Origin: Eledone cirrhosa
Taxonomy: Eukaryota
NCBI GenBank assembly: GCA_964016885.1
Contig: CAXHJY010000245.1
Coordinates: 1 to 48,000, forward strand
Direction of reading: 5' to 3'
DNA length: 48,000 nt
Below the pieces are notes generated by a model, which saw only the letters and a program-made list of their open reading frames with translations, ran no database searches and was not told where the DNA came from. Shown here in pieces: positions 41,301 to 48,000 of this stretch. Position 1 is the stretch's first letter; each line of letters begins with the position of its first letter. A program made the position numbers and the translations under genes.

Positions 41301-44300
41301 TTTATTTGGGTGCCCCGTTTTTTATTTGGGTACCCCGTTTTTATTTGGGTGCCCCGTTTTTTTATGGGGGGGTCCGTTTTTTATTTGGGTGCCCCGTATT
41401 TTATTTGGGTGCCCCGTTTTTTTATGGGGGGGATCCGTTTTTTATTTGGGTGCCCCGTTTTATATTTGGGTGCCCCGTTTTTTATTTGGGTGCCCCGTTT
41501 TTTTTATGGGGGGGGTCCGTTTTTTTATGGGGGGGTCCGTTTTTTATTTGGGTGCCCCGTATTTTATTTGGGTGCCCCGTTTTTTTATGGGGGGGATCCG
41601 TTTTTTATTTGGGTGCCCCGTTTTATATTTGGGTGCCCCGTTTTTTATTTGGGTGCCCCGTTTTTTTTATGGGGGGGGTCCGTTTTTTATTTGGGTGCCC
41701 CGTTTTTTATTTGGGTGCCCCGTTTTTTTATGGGGGGGTCGGTTTTTTATTTGGGTACCCCGATTTTTATTTGGGTGCCCCGTTTTTTTATGGGGGGGGT
41801 CCGTTTTTTATTTCGGTGCCCCGTTTTTTTATGGGGGGGTCCGTTTTTTATTTGGGTGCCCCGTTATTTATTTGGGTGCCCCGTTTTTTATTTGGTGGGG
41901 TCCCGTTTTTTATTTGGGTGCTCCGTTTTTTTATGGGGGGGGTCCGTTTTTTATTTGGGTACCCCGTTTTTTATTTGGGTGCCCCGTTTTTTTATGGGGG
42001 GGTCCGTTTTTTATTTGGGTGCCCCGTTTTTTTATGGGGGGGTCCGTTTTTTATCTGGGTACCCCGTTTTTTATTTGGGTACCCCGTTTTTTATTTGGGT
42101 GCCCCGTTTTTTTATGGGGGGGGTCCGTTTTTTATTTGGGTGCCCCGTTTTTTATTTGGGTGCCCCGTTTTTTTATGGGGGGGGTCCGTTTTTTATTTCG
42201 GTGCCCCGTTTTTTTATGGGGGGGTCCGTTTTTTATTTGGGTGCCCCGTTTTTTATTTGGGTGCCCCGTTTTTTTATGGGGGGGATCCGTTCTTTATTTG
42301 GGTGCCCCGTTTTTTATCTGGGTACCCCGTTTTTTATTTGGGTACCCCGTTTTTTATTTGGGTGCCCCGTTTTTTTATGGGGGGGGGTCCGTTTTTTATT
42401 TGGGTGCCCCGTTTTTTTATGGAGGGGGCCGTTTTTTATTTGGGTGCCCCGTTTTTTTATGGGGGGGTCCGTTTTTTATTTGGGTACCCCGTTTTTTATT
42501 TGGGTGCCCCGTTTTTTTATGGGGGGGTCCGTTTTTTATTTGGGTGCCCCGTTTTTTAATTGGGTGCCCCGTTTTTTAATTGGGTGCCCCGTTTTTTTAT
42601 GGGGGGGTCCGTTTTTTATCTGGGTACCCCGTTTTTTATTTGGGTACCCCGTATTTTATTTGGGTGCCACGTTTTTTTATGGGGGGGGGGGTCCGTTTTT
42701 TATTTGGGTGCCCCGTTTTTTATTTGGGTGTCCCGTTTTTTTATGGGGGGGTCCCGTTTTTTATTTGGGTGCCCCGTTTTTTTACGGGGGGGTCCGTTTT
42801 TTATCTGGGTACCCCGTTTTTTATTTGGGTACCCCGTATTTTATTTGGGCGCCCCGTTTTTTATTTGGGTGCCCCGTTTTTTTATGGGGGGGTCCCGTTT
42901 TTTATTTGGGTGTCCCGTTTTTTTATGGGGGGGTCCCGTTTTTTATTTGGGTGCCCCGTTTTTTTATGGGGGGGGGTCCGTTTTTTATTTGGGTACCCCG
43001 TTTTTTATTTGGGTGCCCCGTTTTTTTATGGGGGGGTCCGTTTTTTATTTGGGTGCCCCGTTTTTTATTTGGGGGGGTCCCGTTTTTTATTTGGGTGCCC
43101 CGTTTTTTTATGGGGGGGGGTCCGTTTTTTATTTGGGTACCGCGTTTTTTATTTGGGTGCCCCGTTTTTTTATGGGGGGGGGGTCCGTTGTTTATTTGGG
43201 TGCCCCGTTTTTTTATGGGGGGAGTCCGTTTTTTATTTGGGTGCCCCGTTTTTTTATTGGGGGGTCCCGTTTTTTATTTGGGTGCCCCGTTTTTTTATGG
43301 GGGGGGTCCGTTTTTTATTTGGGTACCCCGTTTTTTATTTGGGTGCCCCGTTTTTTTATGGGGGGGTCCGTTTTTTATTTGGGTGCCCCGTTTTTTTATG
43401 GGGGGGTCCGTTTTTTATTTGGGTGCCCCGTTTTTTATTTGGGTACCCCGTTTTTTATTTGGGTGCCCCTTTTTTTTATGGGGGGGGTCCGTTTTTTATT
43501 TGGGTGCCCCGTTTTTTATTTGGGTGCCCCGTTTTTTTATGGGGGGGGGGCGTTTTTTATTTGGGTGCCCCGTTTTTTTATGGGGGGGTCCGTTTTTTAT
43601 TTGGGTACCCCGTTTTTTATTTGGGTGTCCCGTTTTTTTATGGGGGGGTCCGTTTTTTATTTGGGTGCCCCGTTTTTTTATGGGGGGGGTCCGTTTTTTA
43701 TCTGGGTACCCCGTTTTCTATTTGGGTACCCCGTTTTTTATTTGGGTGCCCCGTTTTTTTATGGGGGGGGTCCGTTTTTTATTTGGGTGCCCCGTTTTTT
43801 ATTTGGGTACCCCGTCTTTTATTTGGGTGCCCCGTTTTTTATTTGGGTGCCCCGTTTTTTTATGGGGGGGGGTCCGTTTTTTATTTGGGTGCCCCGTTTT
43901 TTATTTGGGTGCCCCGTTTTTTTATGGGGGGGATCCGTTTTTTATTTGGGTGCCCCGTTTTTTATTTGGGTGCCCCGTTTTTTTATGGGGGGGTCCGTTT
44001 TTTATTTGGGTGCCCCGTTTTTTATTTGGGTGCCCCGTTTTTTTCTGGGGGGGGGGGTCCGTTTTTTATTTGGGTGCCCCGTTTTTTTATGGGGGGGTCC
44101 GTTTTTTATTTGGGTACCCCGTTTTTTATTTGGGTGTCCCGTTTTTTTATGGGGGGGGTCCGTTTTTTATTTGGGTGCCCCGTTTTTTATGGGGGGGGTC
44201 CGTTTTTTATTTGGGTACCCCGTTTTTTATTTGGGTGCCCCGTTTTTTTATGGGGGGGTCCGTTTTTTATTTGGGTGCCCCGTTTTTTTATGGGGCGGTC

Positions 44301-44799
44301 CGTTTTTTATTTGGGTGCCCCGTTTTTTTATGGGGGGGTCCCGTTTTTTATTTGGGTGCCCCGTTTTTTTATGGGGGGGTCCGTTTTTTATTTGGGTACC
44401 CCGTTTTTTATTTGGGTGCCCCGTTTTTTTATGGGGGGGGTCCCGTTTTTTATTTGGGTGCCCCGTTTTTTTATGGGGGGGTCCGTTTTTTATTTGGGTG
44501 CCCCGTTTTTTTTATGGGGGGGTCCCGTTTTTTATTTGGGTGCCCCGTTTTTTTATGGGGGGGTCCCGTTTTTTATTTGGGTGCCCCGTTTTTTTTATGG
44601 GGGGATCCGTTTTTTATTTGGGTGCCCCGTTTTTTATTTGGGTGTCCCGTTTTTTTATGGGGGGGTCCGTTTTTTATTTGGGTGCCCCGTTTTTTATTTG
44701 GGTGCCCCGTTTTTTTATGGGGGGGTCCGTTTTTTATTTGGGTGCCCCGTTTTTTTATGGGGGGGGTCCCGTTTTTTATTTGGGTGCCCCGTTTTTTTA

Positions 44800-47000
44800 T
44801 TGGGGGGGGTCCGTTTTTTATTTGGGTACCCCGTTTTTTATTTGGGTGCCCCGTTTTTTTTATGGGGGTGTTCCTTTTTTATTTGGGTGCCCCGTTTTTT
44901 TTATGGGGGGGTCCCGTTTTTTATTTGGGTGCCCCGTTTTTTTATGGGGGGGGTCCGTTTTTTATTTGGGTACCCCGTTTTTTATTTGGGTACCCCGTTT
45001 TTTATTTGGGTGCCCCGTTTTTTTATGGGGGGATCCGTTTTTTATTTGGGTGCCCCGTTTTTTATTTGGGTGTCCCGTTTTTTTATGGGGGGGTCCGGTT
45101 TTTTATTTGGGTGTCCCGTTTTTTTATGGGGGGGGTCCGTTTTTTATTTGGGTACCCCGTTTTTTATTTGGGTGCCCCGTTTTTTATGGGGGGGTCCGTT
45201 TTTTATTTGGGTGCCCCGTTTTTTTATGGGGGGGGTCCGTTTTTTATTTGGGTGCCCCGTTTTTTTATGGGGGGGGTCCCGTTTTTTTATTTGGGTGCCC
45301 CGTTTTTTATGGGGGGATCCGTTTTTTATTTGGGTGCCCCGTTTTTATTTGGGTGTCCCGTTTTTTTATGGGGGGGGTCCGTTTTTTATTTGGGTGCCCC
45401 GTTTTTTTTATGGGGGGGGTCCGTTTTTTATTTGGGTGCCCCGTTTTTTATTTGGGTACCCCGTTTTTTATTTGGGTGCCCCGTTTTTTATTTGGGTGCC
45501 CCGTTTTTGTATGGGGGGGTCCGTTTTTTATTTGGGTGCCCCGTTTTTTTATTTGGGTACCCCGTTTTTTATTTGGGTGCCCCGTTTTTTTATGGGGGGG
45601 TCCGTTTTTTATTTGGGTGCCCCGTATTTTATTTGGGTGCCCCGTTTTTTTATGGGGGGGATCCGTTTTTTATTTGGGTGCCCCGTTTTATATTTGGGTG
45701 TCCCGTTTTTTATTTGGGTGCCCCGTTTTTTTTTATGGGGGGGGTCCGTTTTTTTATGGGGGGGGTCCGTTTTTTATTTGGGTGCCCCGTATTTTATTTG
45801 GGTGCCCCGTTTTTTTATGGGGGGGATCCGTTTTTTATTTGGGTGCCCCGTTTTTATTTGGGTGCCCCGTTTATTTATGGGGGGTCCGTTTTTTATTTGG
45901 GTGCCCCGTTTTTTTATGGGGGGGGGTCCGTTTTTTATTTGGGTACCCCGTTTTTTATTTGGGTGGCCCCGTTTTTTTATGGGGGGGTCCGTTTTTTATT
46001 TGGGTGCCCCGTTTTTTTTATGGGGGGGGTCCGTTTTTTATTTGGGTGCCCCGTTTTTTTATGGTGGGGTCCCGTTTTTTATTTGGGTGCTCCGTTTTTT
46101 TATGGGGGGGGTCCGTTTTTTATTTGGGTACCCCGTTTTTTATTTGGGTGCCCCGTTTTTTTATGGGGGGGTCCGTTTTTTATTTGGGTGCCCCGTTTTT
46201 TTTATGGGGGGGTCGTTTTTTTATCTGGGTACCCCGTTTTTTATTTGGGTACCCCGTTTTTTATTTGGGTGCCCCGTTTTTTTATGGGGGGGGTCCGTTT
46301 TTTATTTGGGGTGCCCCGTTTTTTATTTGGGTGCCCCGTTTTTTTATGGGGGGGTCCGTTTTTTATTTCGGTGCCCCGTTTTTTTATGGGGGGGTCCGTT
46401 TTTTATTTGGGTGCCCCGTTTTTTTATTTGGGTGCCCCGTTTTTTTTATGGGGGGGATCCGTTCTTTATTTTGGGTGCCCCCGTTTTTTATTTGGGTGCC
46501 CCGTTTTTTTATGGGGGGGTCCGTTTTTTATTTGGGTGCCCCGTTTTTTTATGGGGGGGTCCCCGTTTTTTATTTGGGTGCCCCGTTTTTCTATGGGGGG
46601 GTACGTTTTTTATTTGGGTACCCCGTTTTTTATTTGGGTGCCCCGCTTTTTTATGGGGGGGGTCCGTTTTTTATTTGGGTGCCCCGTTTTTTTTATGGGG
46701 GGGTCCGTTTTTTATCTGGGTACCCCGTTTTTTATTTGGGTACCCCGTTTTTTATTTGGGTGCCCCGTTTTTTTTATGGGGGGGGGTCCGTTTTTTATTT
46801 GGGTGCCCCGTTTTTTTATGGAGGGGGGCCGTTTTTTTATTTGGGTGCCCCGTTTTTTTATGGGGGGGGTCCGTTTTTTATTTGGGTACCCCGTTTTTTA
46901 TTTGGGTGCCCCCGTTTTTTTATGGGGGGGTCCGTTTTTTAATTGGGTGCCCCGTTTTTTATTTGGGTGCCCCGTTTTTTATTTGGGTGCCCCGTTTTTT
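44800..47000 (-). repeat. Noisy copy of ~40250-42600 (offset ~4.2-4.55 kb)
   Basis: Paired CCCCGTATTTT variants (A at 41398+41561 versus 45626+45791), CTCCG 41921/46090, TTTCGGTGCC 42196/46366, GTCCGG ~40544/~45095. Confidence 0.75.
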
Positions 47001-48000
47001 TATGGGGGGGGGCCGTTTTTTATTTGGGTAACCCGTTTTTTATTTGGGTGCCCCGTTTTTTTATGGGGGGGGTCCGTTTTTTATTTGGGTGCCCCGTTTT
47101 TTTATGGGGGGGGTCCGTTTTTTATCTGGGTACCCCGTTTTTTATTTGGGTACCCCGTTTTTTATTTGGGTACCCCGTTTTTTATTTGGGTACCCCTCGT
47201 TTTTTATTTGGGTGCCCCGTTTTTTTATGGGGGGGGGTCCGTTTTTTATTTGGGTACCCCCGTTTTTTATCTGGGTACCCCGTTTTTTATTTGGGTACCC
47301 CGTTTTTTATTTGGGTGCCCCGTTTTTTTATGGGGGGGGGTCCGTTTTTTATTTGGGTGCCCCGTTTTTTATTTGGGTGCCCCGTTTTTTTATGGAGGGG
47401 GCCGTTTTTTATTTGGGTGCCCCGTTTTTTTATGGGGGGGGTCCGTTTTTTTATTTGGGTAACCCGTTTTTTATTTGGGTGCCCCGTTTTTTTATGGGGG
47501 GGTCCGTTTTTTAATTGGGTGCCCCGTTTTTTATTTGGGTGCCCCGTTTTTTATTTGGGTGCCCCGTTTTTTTATGGGGGGGGGGGGGCCGTTTTTTATT
47601 TGGGTACCCCGTTTTTTATTTGGGTGCCCCGTTTTTTTATGGGGGGGGTCCGTTTTTTATTTGGGTGCCCCGTTTTTTTTATGGGGGGTCCGTTTTTTAT
47701 CTGGGTACCCCGATTTTTATTTGGGTACCCCGTTTTTTATTTGGGTGCCCCCGTTTTTTTATGGGGGGGGGTCCGTTTTTTATTTGGGTGCCCCGTTTTT
47801 TTATGGGGGGGTCCCGTTTTTTATTTGGGTGCCCCGTTTTTTTATGGGGGGGGTACGTTTTTTATTTGGGTACCCCGTTTTTTATTTGGGTGCCCCGTTT
47901 TTTTATGGGGGGGGTCCGTTTTTTAATTGGGTGCCCCGTTTTTTATTTGGGTGCCCCGTTTTTTATTTGGGTGCCCCGTTTTTTTATGGGGGGGTCCGTT

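Larger units (their letters stand above)
37595..48000 (-). repeat. Same satellite in inverted orientation, right arm (G/T-rich on + strand)
   Basis: Units GTTTTTTATTTGGGTGCCCC, GTTTTTTATTTGGGTACCCC and GTTTTTTTATGGGGGGGTCC are reverse complements of the left-arm monomers. The array runs off the window end. Confidence 0.98.

Noticed and set aside
30000-45000. Perfect fold-back palindrome or transposon terminal inverted repeats around 37587
   Set aside because: Exact symmetry extends only 14 bp, variant order is not mirrored, and there is no internal element or target-site duplication.
37601-47926. Long plus-strand ORFs (up to 3258 aa) as genes, or as a divergent gene pair with the left arm
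   Set aside because: The same repeat-translation effect on the inverted arm. There is no intergenic or promoter-like unique sequence at the junction.
1-48000. CRISPR array
   Set aside because: There are no unique spacers. The variable ~9-bp cores come from a handful of recurring variants, and no cas genes or leader are present.
1-48000. Canonical telomeric repeat, named satellite family or telomere fusion site
   Set aside because: I do not recognise the monomer as a known telomere or satellite sequence, and the strand polarity at the junction is opposite to an end-to-end fusion. A repeat-database search is needed.
1-48000. C-run length variation (C6-C11) as an encoded or phase-variable signal
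   Set aside because: Run lengths often differ by one base between otherwise identical duplicated blocks, which cannot be distinguished from slippage or sequencing error without raw reads.

Overview
All 48 kb is one tandem-repeat (satellite/minisatellite-like) array built from ~20-bp monomers: AAATAAAAAAC-GGGGCACCC, -GGGGTACCC, -GGGGTATCC, plus a ~40-bp dimer AAATAAAAAACGGAC(6-11)ATAAAAAAACGGGGCACCC. I see no unique sequence, credible gene, RNA gene, transposon or CRISPR array. The many long ORFs arise because the G/T-rich strand of the monomer has no stop codon in any frame. The informative structure is architectural. (1) There is a single polarity switch at a perfect 14-bp palindrome (37581-37594), and the two arms are not mirror images. 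(2) Private monomer variants reveal nested higher-order duplications at offsets of ~0.16, 0.71, 0.87, 1.1, 2.36, 3.0-3.4, 4.2, 4.3-5.5 and 22.14 kb. (3) Variant-rich and variant-poor domains alternate, and monomer order follows fixed rules. (4) Sequence noise rises in the last ~3 kb. The host organism and any function cannot be determined from this window. Coordinates were read by eye, and duplication boundaries are approximate.
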